Shown here piece after piece: positions 49,101-60,960 of a stretch of DNA of 64,000 nucleotides. Position 1 is the first letter of the stretch. Every line of letters starts with the position of its first letter. This DNA comes from Raillietiella orientalis (taxonomy: Eukaryota). The stretch covers positions 620,001 through 684,000 of the forward strand of contig JAYWIR010000038.1 in NCBI GenBank assembly GCA_036172245.1, given 5' to 3'. Both the position numbers and the translations under genes were made by a program. Under the pieces are notes generated by a model. The model saw nothing but the letters and a program-made list of their open reading frames with translations, did no database searches and had not been told where the DNA came from.

Positions 49101-51829
49101 CTCCCCTTTTCCTCCTTCTCTTCGCCCCCGCGCCCCTCGCTTTGCCTGAGCGGGTCGCCTGCTGGCGTTGCTGCGGGTTCGGTATCCCGGCTTCTTTTCG
49201 GGAGGCCAGCCTTTCCCTCCCGGAACGACTGCCGCAGGTTCCCCGTTGCAGGTCGGGAGGTCAGTGACACCCAGACTGCCCGTTTGGGGAGGGAGAGAGA
49301 CTTGAAGAGGCTTCGAATCTTCCAGAAAAGCCGGACGGGAAGCGGGAGAAGCCCTCCTCATGATCACTGGCGCAGAAGTTGTTTTTTTTTTTGCGCCGGC
49401 AGTCGGCCGACAGGCTGGTCGCCCCGGTTCTCTGCCCGCTGTGGGATGGCCTTGTTGGGGAGGAGGGTGGGGAGGATACGCCCCTCCCGGCTGTTCCCAA
49501 ATGATAGGTGCGTCTCCGTTGGCCGTCTCCCTTTGTAGGTTTTGAAGCGGATGGTGTGGTCCCTGGTGTCCCAGCGGGCAGGGAAGACGGAATCCCAGAT
49601 GGGTGATTGTGTCTCCTCTTCTTCAGAAGAAGCCTACACCCCTCCACCCACCCCCTCAGTGTAGGATCTGACCGTGTCCCTGAGGTGGCGCATCTCATCC
49701 GCGTCCCCGAACCACGTGCCGGGCAGGTGCACCATGCCGGAATCCGACGTACCGATCTTCCTGACCAGCTTCCCGATTTTTGGCGCAGTGCTCCCACGTA
49801 TTCCTGGAACGAGCGCTCCCCCCCGGGAGGGAAGGAAGCTGGTCCCGTAACTAATGACGTTCAGATGCCAGTTCCACTCACAGCATCCGGAGACGAACCG
49901 GAGGGCTCTCGTGCTCCACTTGGTTTCCTCGCCCGATCTTTGCATTCCTCCGGTTCAGAAGGCAAAGCGCCACTCCAGCATCTCTCTCTTTTTCCCTCTC
50001 TCTCTTGACACGGAGAGAAACGTCTTCATCCCTCACCTGGCCTAACGAGCAGCGCTTCTCCGCAACTGAGGGAGCTTCTTCTCGGGGGAGGAGCAGGAAA
50101 CGGCGACCATCAGCTCATGCTGGAGGATCGAAGAAGTCCTTGCGGGCTGACCCGTAAAGGTCAGCTAGCGAGTGGGGAGCTCACTCACTTTCCTTCCCCG
50201 AAGACCCTGTCACCCGGTTTCGTTCCTGTCCTTTATCGTCCGCCTTCTTATCTGGGGGCTGATCATCAGGTGGGGGAGGAAAGAGTCGGAAGGCTTGCAG
50301 GGCCAACTGTGCCTGAAGCACTGTAGAGGCTGCAAAAGCTGTAGGCGCTTTGACACGGCTGGGTTCTTCTCGGTTACGACGAGAGAGCTGGGAACAGTGA
50401 TGGAGCGGATAGCTCCTACTGGGAAGGAAGCGATGAGCTCCTAGTGAGAGAAGTGAAGAGGCCGCGGCTTGTACCATCCCTCGTGATCACGCGGAAAAAA
50501 TTCCTCGCACAAATCTCAGTCCGAAATTCGCGAGGACCGACCGTTTTCTTCTTCTGCTGCTGCTGCTGTTGCAGGTTCTGGCAGCCTACAACGATCAGCC
50601 TCTCCTCAGACTTACGGGACGATTCCGTTTGGCCGACGTATTGCCTTGAGGCACGCCATCCTGTGGGCCTCGAATCGTTGTAGAATATCTGAGACCTCTG
50701 CGACTCTTCCACGAGACGAGATGTTCACTCGCTCACGATACAAGGTAACATTTTCCCAGGTGCAGACACTGAGCAACTTTGGCCACGCCGTCGGGAAACG
50801 AGCTGCTCAGAATGGTCCAGTAGGCTGAGGCTGCCCACAGACGCGTGGCTCACGGAATGCTAACCGGGGGCCATTCGCTGTAGGGGCAGTCGGAGCTGCT
50901 GCTTCTTTCCTGGAGTCAGAAATGCTCACGGGAGAGAGAACCCAGCGAATCAGAGATGGCTCCTGCGGACGGATGAGGAATGACCGCCTCCATGGACCAT
51001 AAATGACAGATTTCGAGCACGAAATTCTGCAAGAGCAAAGAGAGGTGGTTACAAGGAAAGAAGGGGAGTGCGAGGCTCTCACCGGCGATTTGAGCGACCG
51101 TCTTCCGTTAGGAGATCACTTGGCTTCGGAAATCGTCGGAACGGAAGGAGGAAAGAAGAATTCTGCATGAGGGTAAATTTGGAAGGCACGCAGAAGCAGA
51201 TCAACCTTCACCCAGAGAATGTTCAGAGGAACCCAAGTAAAGTCAGGATTCCAGGAGGAGGATTGGGGTAAGAAGCGTCAAAGCCCTTCTCTCTTGTGGT
51301 CACCGTGATCGCTCTTTATCTTTATGGATGGAATGCTGCAGCGGGATCCCAGCAGATCCAACAAACCGGGCCTCTTTTTCAGGCAAGCTCGAAGGAGATC
51401 CGCAAACGTTGGACCAGAGCCACGCCATCCAGCAGTCCCTCATCTCTGTATGTCACCGGAGCCATCGAGAGAATCGAAGCAGTTCGCACCCCTGGCAAAG
51501 CTGCTCTTCGGAAGGTAGACCCCGGAAACTGCGCGTTGTCCAATGCTGGCCCCTTCCCCGACCGTTGAGAACCAGGGTCGACGCCTCCTGCCCCGCGGCG
51601 GGAAGTCCAGGTATTCCACCGACGGAATGGTCCTTTGGCGCGGTCGCTGGGTGCCGCCGCGCCTGCCCACCGGTCCGTCTGGCACGCCGGCCAGGAAAAG
51701 CACGGACCCGAGCTGTTCCAGGCTCTGAGAAGCGGGAACCCTTCAGCAGCCGCTATTGGCCGAGCGCGCTGCCCCCTGGAGCGTGAGCGAACTCTTCGCC
51801 CCGGCCCTCCAGCCCCCATGGGGTTGGAT

Positions 51830-52232
51830 GGATAGAAGCGCTGAGACTCCATCTCTTCGTGCTTGGAGGAGTCGCCTGCCGCAGCTTCGCATCGCCTACG
51901 CAGTGCCTTGGCGCGGCGAGAAGCTGCCCCGAAAGGGGGGACAGACCTTACGCCATCCCCGTCGTGTCCTCTCTCCCAGGGATAGCGAAGCAAGATGGCC
52001 GCACGCCTCATGCCACAAGGAGGAACTTGCCAGCATCCTGGGAAGGTCGCACCCCCCTTGCTCCCTCCCTCATAGTTTTCAAAAGCAATTTTTTGTTTTT
52101 CCCTGCTTTTTCCCTCAATCTGCTTGCTAGCAGATGCGTCTCCCGGACGCGTACCGGCGAAGAGGGACGTGTCAGTCCCGCTGCGAAGAATTGAAGTCCT
52201 TTTCTTATGCTCTGGCCCCATCGGGGCGAAAA
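51830..52232 (+). mobile_element. L1-A copy A9 (diverged)
   Basis: CGCCATCCCC..AGCAAGATGGCCGCAC..GGAACTTGCCAGCATCCT, T-rich UTR and end ATCGGGGCGAAAAC. Confidence 0.65.
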
Positions 52233-52749
52233 CAGGGAGGCAACAAGGCACTCCGCCCTCCTACCTCTACCACCTTCCCTCTCAGCGGGCCCCCTTCGCC
52301 TCTCGTCCGCCTGCCCGACGCCGTATCCCCTTGCCGGTAGTTCAGTAGCACTCTGAAGTTCCTCCAGAGGGTGGGAGAAGCTCCTGAGTTGCCGGGGGAT
52401 CGGACCAAAGGTGAGACTCTCCTCTCCTCCTCCCTCTGGTTCTGCTTCGAACCTCCTCCCTCACTGCCACCCGCCGCGTGCGTGGATACTTCGGGAGGGA
52501 CAATCAGGAAGGGGAGCGAAGGGCCGCCTGCCCTAGCGTCGCGGGCTGCTTTTCGAACGCCGCTCCGTCTCCTGGGCACCACTCCTCCCCATCCGGGCAT
52601 CCTTCGCCGCGAGAAGCCGGCAAGTGAGAGTCGAAGCGGGGTAGCAGATCGGGGAGCTCGGATCTGCCTCCGGCAGAGGCCCAGGGACGCTTTGTCGGAG
52701 GGTCGAAGCAAGGCGACCCCTCCCGAGGAGGGAGAGAAAAGGTGCCCGG

Positions 52750-54410
52750 GTCCGCTGTTCGAACTCTTCGACCTGCTTGGTCGACGACGGAGATGAGCAA
52801 ATCACGCGGGGAGACGAGACACGTATAGCGACCTCGAAGTCGTTGTCCTCCTTTGATCCTCAGCTCGCGGAAGAGCTTCTTTCAGAGGGAGCTCCACCCC
52901 ACCTCCTTCCTCCCGCTTGGCTCTTTCCTTATCTGTACTCGGGTGCACACGGTATTTCCGGTTCGTAAGTCGAGTCTCAGTGGATGACCGGGATTCATCT
53001 TCAAAGACGCATACGGTTAAATTGCAGGCGTCCCTCAGTGGACACTCGTACTCCGAAGGCATCCCTCCAGGTCTGCGAGGAGTCATCAGGAGCGGAACAA
53101 ACCTTGAGCTGGAATGTGCAGCCTCGGGGACATAGCAATCTCAGCATCCCGTCCAGAAAGGAGGCGAACCCAAGGTGCGATGGCGGATGCCGCCAGGGGA
53201 AGAAATGGGAAAAGGAGTGAAGGGAGGGGGAACAACAGGCATCAGGCGTTCCTGGTTCGCTTTCTGCCGCGGAGGAATCTCTTCCTTGGAGATTCTTCGG
53301 AGGAAAAGCTGCTCTCCTGAGAAGATGAATCGTTCCGTTGGTGTTCCTCCTCCACTCGCATAGCACCACCAGCGCCATCCCTGGTACCTTCCTCGAGTGG
53401 TAGATGGAGCACGCGGCATCCTTGGCCTCTCAGATGTAGGCGGTCCCTCCAGCAGCACCCTTCCCAGTATCCGAGAATGCAGATCACGGGCGAACTTGCC
53501 CTTGTAGACCACGGACAGTTGCTCCCAGAAAGCGTTCCTCCCGAAGGATTGACATCAGTGACTCGAGGCAAGGCTTCCTTTCCGAAAACCGCAGGTGAAC
53601 CCCTCGGTTCCCGTTCCGCATTCCCGAAGTGACTGTGGCCATCCTCACTGAAGTGAACGGAATGCTGAATGTGTGGATCTCCACTACCGCGAAACCAAAA
53701 AAAAAAAATCTCCGGAAGCGATTTCACGCGCGCGTTTGTTGCCGCTGTCATTGATGGGATCTCGACCGGACGATCCGTCCCCTTCCGTTCCGTTATCCCT
53801 CTTCAACTTGGCGCAGGCGTCCTGGGATTACGGGTCAGTTTCTTGCGGACTCCCTGTCTCACCTTCGAAGCTCGCCGTCGAGCGTCTCCTGGGTGCGTTG
53901 TGGACTCCTTCCTGTTTTCCGCCGCCATCAAGTGGATGCTCACCTTCACTTGACATCTCGGCTTCGGCTCGGAGGCGCGACGCAACCGTAAGCTGCTGCA
54001 TCATCTGCTTCGAGTATATCCTTGGGGATCCCCCATCGCGAGGGACGCTGCGGTCGCTTGGATCCTGGCGTCCAAGTGGGTCCACAATGGAGGTGTAAAC
54101 TTTAGAAGGCTGTCCTTCTTGACCAGAGCCGATGAGCACGTCTTCCTTGTTGCCTGGTGGCGCCGAGAGCTTCGTCTTCGTTTCCGGACGGGCAGGCAAC
54201 TTCCAGCACCTCTAGGTGGACTTTCCTTCCGGATCGCCAAGGGAGGACGCAGGTCGGAATCCGCTTCGGGGACACGCCAATTGGCCTGCCGTCCCGCCGC
54301 CGCGACAGCGGCGTCAAGGAGACCATCCGCTGTCGCATCGTGCCCGGAGACATGCCGGAGAAAGCAGCGATCCGCAGTCGCTCCACGTAGGGGGAAGTGC
54401 GTTTCGTCAT
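52750..54410 (-). mobile_element. Degenerate L1-like RT remnant
   Basis: 'AAFSGMSPG' (cf. ALxxMxxGKSPGxDG), 'RIYSKQMMQQL' (cf. KILAKxLAxRL), 'VRGLQGQVRP' (cf. RGLRQGCPLSP) and 'WCYASG' (YADD position), in order. Confidence 0.5.
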
Positions 54411-54414
54411 ACAG

Positions 54415-54830
54415 ACGGTTGCGCAGGGGAGTTTATTTACATAAAATAAACATAGATGTCGGTGGCAGGACGCTTAGTCCCGCTACGTCACAAGTGCAAG
54501 AATGGGAACCTGACCTGGAGTCAGCGCTTACGCCGGCGAGGTTCGCCTCGGCAGCAGAGGGGGGGAGGGGAAACAACAAAAAAAGAAAAAGAAAACAAGC
54601 AAATCTATAGAGGAAAAAGGGGGAGGGTTCGGGATCACAGGATGCTGGAGGGCGTCCTCTGCATCCTTGTAAGGACGCCGGCAAGTTCCCAGATGGGGCC
54701 ACCTCGACACTATTCCCATGAAGAGGACCGCAGAACAGATGGCGTCCCTGTCGTTCTGGCCTCCATGCAGCCGCGATCCCGCGTAGGCAGCAGAGTGGTA
54801 GGAGAGACCCCGGAAGCGGTGGAGTGGCTT
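54415..54830 (-). mobile_element. L1-A copy A10
   Basis: GACGCCATCTG, GGATGCAGAGGACGCCCTCCAGC, GCTGCCGAGGCGAACCTCGCCGG, hairpin at 54462-54486, AATAAA. Confidence 0.8.
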
Positions 54831-57379
54831 GGAGCCCCAGAGCGGCGTGCGGCTTTCACTCGACCCGGGTGCTGCCGAATGGGCTCTTCCAGGGCCACGT
54901 TCCCTGTCGGAGGTCACCCGCGACGCAGCACGGGCTTTCTTTCTAGAGACGGGCTCGGATGCGACCTCGCCGAGATACGCTTCGGACCCGCCACCGGCGG
55001 ATTCCCCGTCTCGCCGACGTACGGGGAGGGACCCTCCCGCCGCCCACGCGCTCCCGAAAGCCACTCTTGGTCTTAGCTAGGAGATCTGTTCATCTCCCTC
55101 CGGCGGCGGAGGAAGGGTGAAGCGCGCGCGTGCGTGCCTTAAGCGCCGTGTTTCGCAACCGACCGCTCGGCAGCGGCCTGTACGTTTCGACACGACGCTC
55201 GCCTCCCGACTGGCCGGCGACGATCCCAGCTTCGTTCCTTCTTCATTCCCAGCCGACCCGACCCCGAGGGAGCACGGTCGGCTGAAGCTGCGCGAGAGCC
55301 GGAGCTGATTCTGCAGTGAGCGGCGGAGGGAGGCTTCAGAACTCGCCCCGGAAATTGCCGTTCCACCACCGGATTCTCCCCTGGGGGCGGCTGGGTCCCA
55401 CGCACGCCTTCGCTGAAAACGCGGGCGACGAGGTGCTTCGTGTCGTGTGGACGGTGGTGGTCGGCGGAAGGCTCCTCGGCGCTCTCAGTGGCTGCGCTCA
55501 GTCCCCGGGCGCGCCCAACGCGGAACGGATGCGTCTCTCCGGCGCCCAGCCGCGAGTGACCCGCTCGATCCTGCGCAAACGGACGCAGCCTTGGGAGGCG
55601 AAGAGCGAGGCGGAAGCTGAGGAGGAGGAGGAAGAGAAGTCGTCCGGTCTCGTGGGGACGGCTCTCAGTGTGCTCCGAGGAAGAGTTGCCATCGGTCTTC
55701 CGCTGCAGTGGCTCTCAGCGCGCTCCCTTCCTGTGTGATGTCTCCGTCGCCTTTCGTGCCAAAGGGTGAAAAAAAAAAAAAAAAGAAAGAAAAGAAAAGA
55801 AAAGACAGGATAAAAGGGGAGAAAAAAAAATGGGAAGAAGGAGACGCTTCCAGGATGTGCAGGTGAGTGACCATATGATTGCAGCGCGACGACGAGTTTG
55901 ATCAGCCGGTATCACATGGCAACAGGAGGCTCAAGAGCTTCCCCGTGGCAACGTGGACGCTTTCCCGCCGGTTCCTCCGACGAACCGTCAAGCGATCCCG
56001 GAAATTCCCAAAAGTGGAACGTGCAAAAACAGGAAGCCTGGAGAATGCAGGACCGCCCTGACGCGCCATTCTCTTATTACCCGTCGATTTGTTTCTTTGA
56101 AACCATGCCAACCCGCAGCAGCAGCAGCTTCCGAGGTGCAGCCTCTTTTTAGGAAAAGGATTCCCGAAGAAGAAGAAGGAGAAGAAGAAAAAGGAGGAGG
56201 AAGAGGAGAGGAAGAAGGCGTCCCGGCCTTGCTTTTGTTTTTTTCCCCGGCGAGGACAAAGGCGAGCGGCTCCTTCCCGAAAAGAGGGCGGAGGAGGGAG
56301 GGAATCCATCGGCGCGTGCGCTCGCTGAAAACGCGCCCGGGACGAAGGAAGGCACAGAGGAACGCGGCGGACGGAATGCGTCACGTGTGACGACAGCCGG
56401 GATGGCGAGGACGTGCCGCGGTCTCCATGCGGGAAAACCCGCGAAATTCGCGCGCGCGTTCACTGAAGGTGACCTCCCCGCTCGGAGCTTCCGAGGGAGG
56501 GGGCGGGAGGGGGAGCATCCACCGACGAGAGATGCGATGCAGCCCGGTGCAGCATCAGGCGCAAAAAGAAAAAAAAAAAAGAAAATCACCTGCCGGCGCC
56601 CCGGTCTGACGTCACTAGCAGACGATGCAAGGAGGGAGAAAGGCGGAGCATGTGCATGTGTTTATGCCGCGATCTACGCACCGACCGCGACCTTGCGGCC
56701 CACGGCCCAGACGCCGGCGCCTCGAGGATGGCCCTCTGGAACGCGCAGGAACTTCCAGCGTCTCCGGACTCCCGCGACCCGCGTGGGGAAAGGCCCGCCC
56801 GAGGGGATGAGAGCCTTTCCGCCCGTCCCGACTACCCCTTCCGCCGCCGCCGCCGCGCTTTCCGGAACAATCTCGAAGGGCCGAAGAGTCGTCGCTACGC
56901 ACAGCTGCGCTCTCCGGCTTGCAGGTCTGCATGCATTCGCCCCCGCCCTTCCCTCCGCTTGCCTCCCAGCGCGGACAAACCAGGGAGGAAACCATGACGA
57001 CGACGCCCCCGGTGATGGCAAATTACCAGTCGTGAGGGGAAGAGAGGGAGGGTGGGAAGGGGAGGGAGGGCTGACGAAGTGCTTCCAACACCGCTGGCAG
57101 ATCATCCCGAGCGGCATGGTGCAGCCCCTCTCGGACACACCCCTAGTGCCACGTGACGGTCTCTCCTGGCATCGAAGGATTTCTTGGGGTGGTCTCCGCC
57201 ATCTTGGAGAAGGGGAGACGCTCGAAGAGAAAGCTTGCAACTCTCGTTGGGAAAAAGAAGGGGAGTGGGAGGGGAACCCGCGAAACGCGCGCGCGCGCGC
57301 CGAAAAGGTGCTGCCGAAAGATCGGAAGGGAAAATCCGCGTCTGGGCAAGGCGAAGAGCTGCGGGGAGCCTCAAGAAAT

Positions 57380-58790
57380 GCTCTCACGCAGTCCCCACAC
57401 CTGCCCCATTCTAACAGTCCCCTACCAAAGGCTGGATTCGGCACTCTTGAGGAAGGCGGAAGGTGGTTGGGGATTTTTCCGGCGAGCGCGCCATCTACGA
57501 ATTTGCTACCGGGGAGATTCCTGGGTATTCCTGGGAGAATGCTAGGAGTTCGTCTAGCTCGTGCTCCCCTTCCAAGGCTCTTTTTCCTGGCCGATGGACA
57601 GAATTCATCAGCGCAAACTTTCGCCCCGCGATACCGGGACGTTGCTTGAGGAAACACACACAGAAAAAGGGCCGAAGTTCAGCTGAAGGGTTCACTGGCA
57701 CCGGCATGCCCTTTGCTGAGGCAGTCTGGAGCGGAGTAATAAGTGATTAAAGCAGGGCGGAGACAGGACTCCATGGTACGAGGCGGCCGCTTCCGGCTCG
57801 ATGACAGAGCGGAACGCCGGTGACCTCTGGCTCGACTTCTTCCGGCGACCTCGTGTGGACAGTGGCCGGCTGCCGTGCCGGCGTGACCTCCCCTCGCTGA
57901 GTCCGAGACCCTAACGCATGGCGAGTTCGTGGGCGCAAGCGGGACCGTAGCGTCGATGACGTGCTGCGTGCATGCCGTCATGCGTGTCCCTGGTCGACGC
58001 CATCGTCCGACGGCGCTGCGGTCGCCCCACACCGCTTCGCCCCGATTCGCTCAATTCGCTGCATCGACAGCTCCACTGTACTTCACGCCGTTTTCTTCCC
58101 CTGGGAAGAAGGGAACAGTCCCGCACCACGGGGAGGCTTTCCATCCGTGTTTTTTTTTTTTTTTTTTTCTGGAGAGTAAAGAATTTTTTTCTGAGGAAGG
58201 GAAGCGAGCTGGGATCGGGAGGAAGTGATCTGGGACCCAGCTGTTTTATCGCTTACATTAATAGTTTAACACCGTGTTACAGGAGGGGCTCTTCGCATTC
58301 TTCCGAGATTCCTCGTCTGTCCATCCGGGGTACTCGCTGCCCTTCATTCTGTGGCCCCCTCAACTTCTTGGCCTCCGTCTCGCGAGAGCTGACCGCTGGG
58401 ATTTTCCGGCCATCCCTGAGTTCCGGTCTCTCGTGTTGCTCCTCCCCGTGAAGTAGTCTGCGAAGGCGTCCCTGGAGTACGCACGAGACCACCATCCGGT
58501 GACTTATCCTCCCCGAGTGCTTTTTAGGAATTTCAAGATCCTGCAGCGCTTCTTCGTTGCCTGGGTCCCCTAGCTCCCAGCGAGCCAACGATGAGAGCAT
58601 GCAGTCCTCACTGCTTCCCCTCTCTGTCTATCTGGAGGGCCACTTCCTTGTACTTTTCCTGTTTTCTCCTGCTGGATGCGCTGAACGTCTCTCCACCACC
58701 CTCGTACAGGCAGCAGACGTCCAGCAGCATCGTTCGATGTCCTTTCTTCGGTACCAGGTCTGGCCGCAAGGGGAAGTCCGTTCTCGGAGC
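57380..58790 (+). mobile_element. Possible L1-like post-RT and C-terminal remnant
   Basis: 'TVPYQRLDSALLRKAEGGWG' (cf. LxxPKxEGGLG) and 'HETTIR*LILPEC' (cf. ETxxHLxxxC). Confidence 0.3.
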
Positions 58791-58796
58791 TCTATG

Positions 58797-59960
58797 GTTT
58801 ATCACCCGGATTTGCTGAGGTGCGTTTATTATAGAAATAATAAAAGTACAAAGAAACAGCCATGTGATGAACCACTTGGTTCATCACGTCCGTCTAACTT
58901 GTCGATCACCGGTACGGAGACCGGCGAGGTCCGCTCCAGCGGCTAAGGAGGAGGGAAAACCACACACACAAAAAAAGAAAATACAAAAAAGAGGGAGGGA
59001 AATGTGTCTTGGGGAAGAGAGGGCGGGCAAGGGATCACGTATCACTGGGAGACGTTCTCTGCATTCTGTCCAGGATGCTGACAAGTGGTGTTCTTGTGTT
59101 GCCAGGTGGAGCCATCTCGACGCAGTCTTTAAGAAGATCCGCGTCCAGGGTATGGCGTCCCTGACATTCTGGCCTCTCCTTTCCCTGTTCCAGACCCCCA
59201 CGATCCCGCGGATGCAGTAGAGAACTGCTAGGGACGCGGCTGGCGACAGAGTGACATGAGCGAAGGCGTTCCCAAAAATCCCCTGGGGCCGCATGCTGGG
59301 ATTTCTAGGATCGTCGACAGACGATCCCTGAGGGTTCGGAGGGCGGCGAGTCCACCAGAAGGCACGGGAAGGTTTCTTTCTCGCCGCACCTTTCGCAACG
59401 GGCATCCACGCTCTCCAGTGTCCAGTGATGGAGGCGCGCTTTGCACGGGATCTCCCCACCTCCAGCAACGCCGGCTGCTGCCACCATTCCAGCACGCTGG
59501 GGAGGGCACTTCACCTCCTCCAGAAGCATCGCGAGCAGCTCGCCCCAGCGTAGCAGTCCTTTTGGCGGGACACTCGGTCCCGAGCTCTCTGGTAGGTCGC
59601 TACTTTGCTCTATCCACCGTGGCCATCCTGATCGTTTCCCGAATCGTGTTGTATCGCGCAGTGAACCAACGACAGCGTCTCTTGCGTCAGTTTCAGATGT
59701 GAGGCAACGTTTCGTCTTCCGTCTGGCAGCGCCGGCATGCGCTGCCGGACGGACCAAGCTGACGGTTCCTTCGGGTCTTCCCCCTGATCGATCTGCGCTC
59801 ACTCTCCGTTTGGCGCGGCAGTGTTGACGGAGATCTGTGTCGGAGAGTCCTCGACCTCCTCCTATGTCCCAACTCCATGGCACAATGGAAGGCACCCCGA
59901 GACGGGAGTCGACTCCAAGATGCAAACTGAAGGGCTTGACGCTTCGTGACCTCTGGAAGG
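58797..59960 (-). mobile_element. L1-A copy A11 (longest, about 1.15 kb)
   Basis: 'WGELLAMLLEEVKCPP', 'PCKARLHHWTLESVDARCERCGEKETFPCLLVD', 'LYCIRGIVGVWNRERRGQNVRDAIPWTRIFLKTASRWLHL'; perfect hairpin at 58864-58887; end AATCCGGGTGATAAACC. Confidence 0.85.
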
Positions 59961-59969
59961 ACCTCAGTC

Positions 59970-60190
59970 GGTCCTCTCCGACTCCGGCTAGCCGACGGGG
60001 ATACCCAGCCTTCAGAGTGCACAAGCACCACCCCACTGCCATATCCGAAGCCCTCGAGCCAAGTTACTCGACCCGAAACCCACGACGTAGCTCCTATTCT
60101 CGTCGTCGGTGCTTCCCCGGGCGGGATTCGAACCCGCGACTCTCTCGGTGCCGCGCGAGCGGAGGTCGCAGCCCCACGGCGCCGCCAGCG
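59970..60190 (-). mobile_element. SINE-U copy S10 (head joined to L1-A A11)
   Basis: Minus strand: CTGGCGGCGCCGTGG..GTCGCGGGTTCGAATCCCGCCCGGGGAAG..CGTCGTGGGTTTCGGGTC..GGCTTCGGATATGGCA. Confidence 0.8.
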
Positions 60191-60204
60191 CGGGTGCTTC
60201 TTCG

Positions 60205-60960
60205 TCGTTCCTTCTTTGGGAGGCAAAACTCTTTAACGCTGTTCCAGCCATCCGAGGGTGCGTATCAACTCTTGAAGATAGGGTTTATCACCCGGTTGCA
60301 CTGGATATTTATTATAAAAAAATAATAAACGTACACGTGTAGGCCCTACATCGTCAGAAACTGTTCGGAACTGGTCGAGGAACCGAGGCGCAGGACGCCG
60401 AGGTTCGCCTCGGCAGCAGAGGGCAAACAAAAATCAATAATGAAAAAAAAACTCTGGGGGACCAAACGGAAAGGGATCGTTGTCCGCTGGAGGGCGTCCT
60501 CTGCATCCTGGTTTTCTCCTCTGGAGGGAACCCCGGAGGGACGCTTCCCAATTTTCCCTGAAGGGCGCTCCCCGAAGGGAGCAAGGCGTTTCACGCCCTG
60601 GAGAGGTGTCAATCCTTCAGCCTCTTGATACGGGATGTAGGGGTTCCCTTGAGGGGAGGACGGCTCCATTTTCCTTACCAGAGGGAACCCCGAAGGGTTC
60701 TCTGATGTCCTGGAAGGAACCCCGGAGGGTTCACTTCCCATCCCTGAAGCCAGTCGACGGGGACATCAGGCTTCCCACAAGTGCCGCCACACCTGAATCC
60801 CGTGGGGCCAACCAGCGTCGTCCTGCAGGGGGAGAATCGGAACCCACGAAGGACCTGTTTCTCAGGGGAGATCGACCCTTCCTCCGGGCGGAATTCTAAC
60901 CCGCAAACACCGGGTCCCACCAGCGGAGGAGGCTGCGGCCGCACGAGGCCGCCGTCGCGG
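60205..60960 (-). mobile_element. SINE-U copy S11, interrupted by L1-A copy A12
   Basis: Head GCGGGTTAGAATTCCGC at about 60888-60904, UNCG subunits at 60531, 60570, 60688 and 60720; 3' part TATCTTCAAGAGTTGATACGCACCCTCGG at about 60250-60281. Confidence 0.8.
60282..60508 (-). mobile_element. L1-A copy A12 (3' UTR) nested in SINE-U S11
   Basis: Very similar to 19214-19480 (TAATAAACGTACACGTGTAGG..CCCTACATCGTCAGAAA.TGTTCGGAACTGGTCGAGGAACCGAGGCGCAGGACG); ends AACCGGGTGATAAACC. Confidence 0.85.

Noticed and set aside
56387..57649. Long ORFs (420 aa here; also 5175-6332, 5207-6310, 34368-35414, 61833-63023)
   Set aside because: Arg/Pro/Gly/Ser-rich translations typical of GC-rich non-coding DNA, overlapping ORFs on both strands, running through homopolymers and repeat fragments, and no coherent domain.
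58797..58830. Helitron interpretation of the L1-A terminal hairpin
   Set aside because: No consistent CTRR end, and the upstream sequence encodes an L1-type ORF2 C-terminus.
60370..60420. HDV-like ribozyme suggested by GGT-TCCTCG-ACC in the L1-A UTR
   Set aside because: The loop is one base short, no P1/P1.1 GG or P2 pairing was found, and the motif is absent from most copies.
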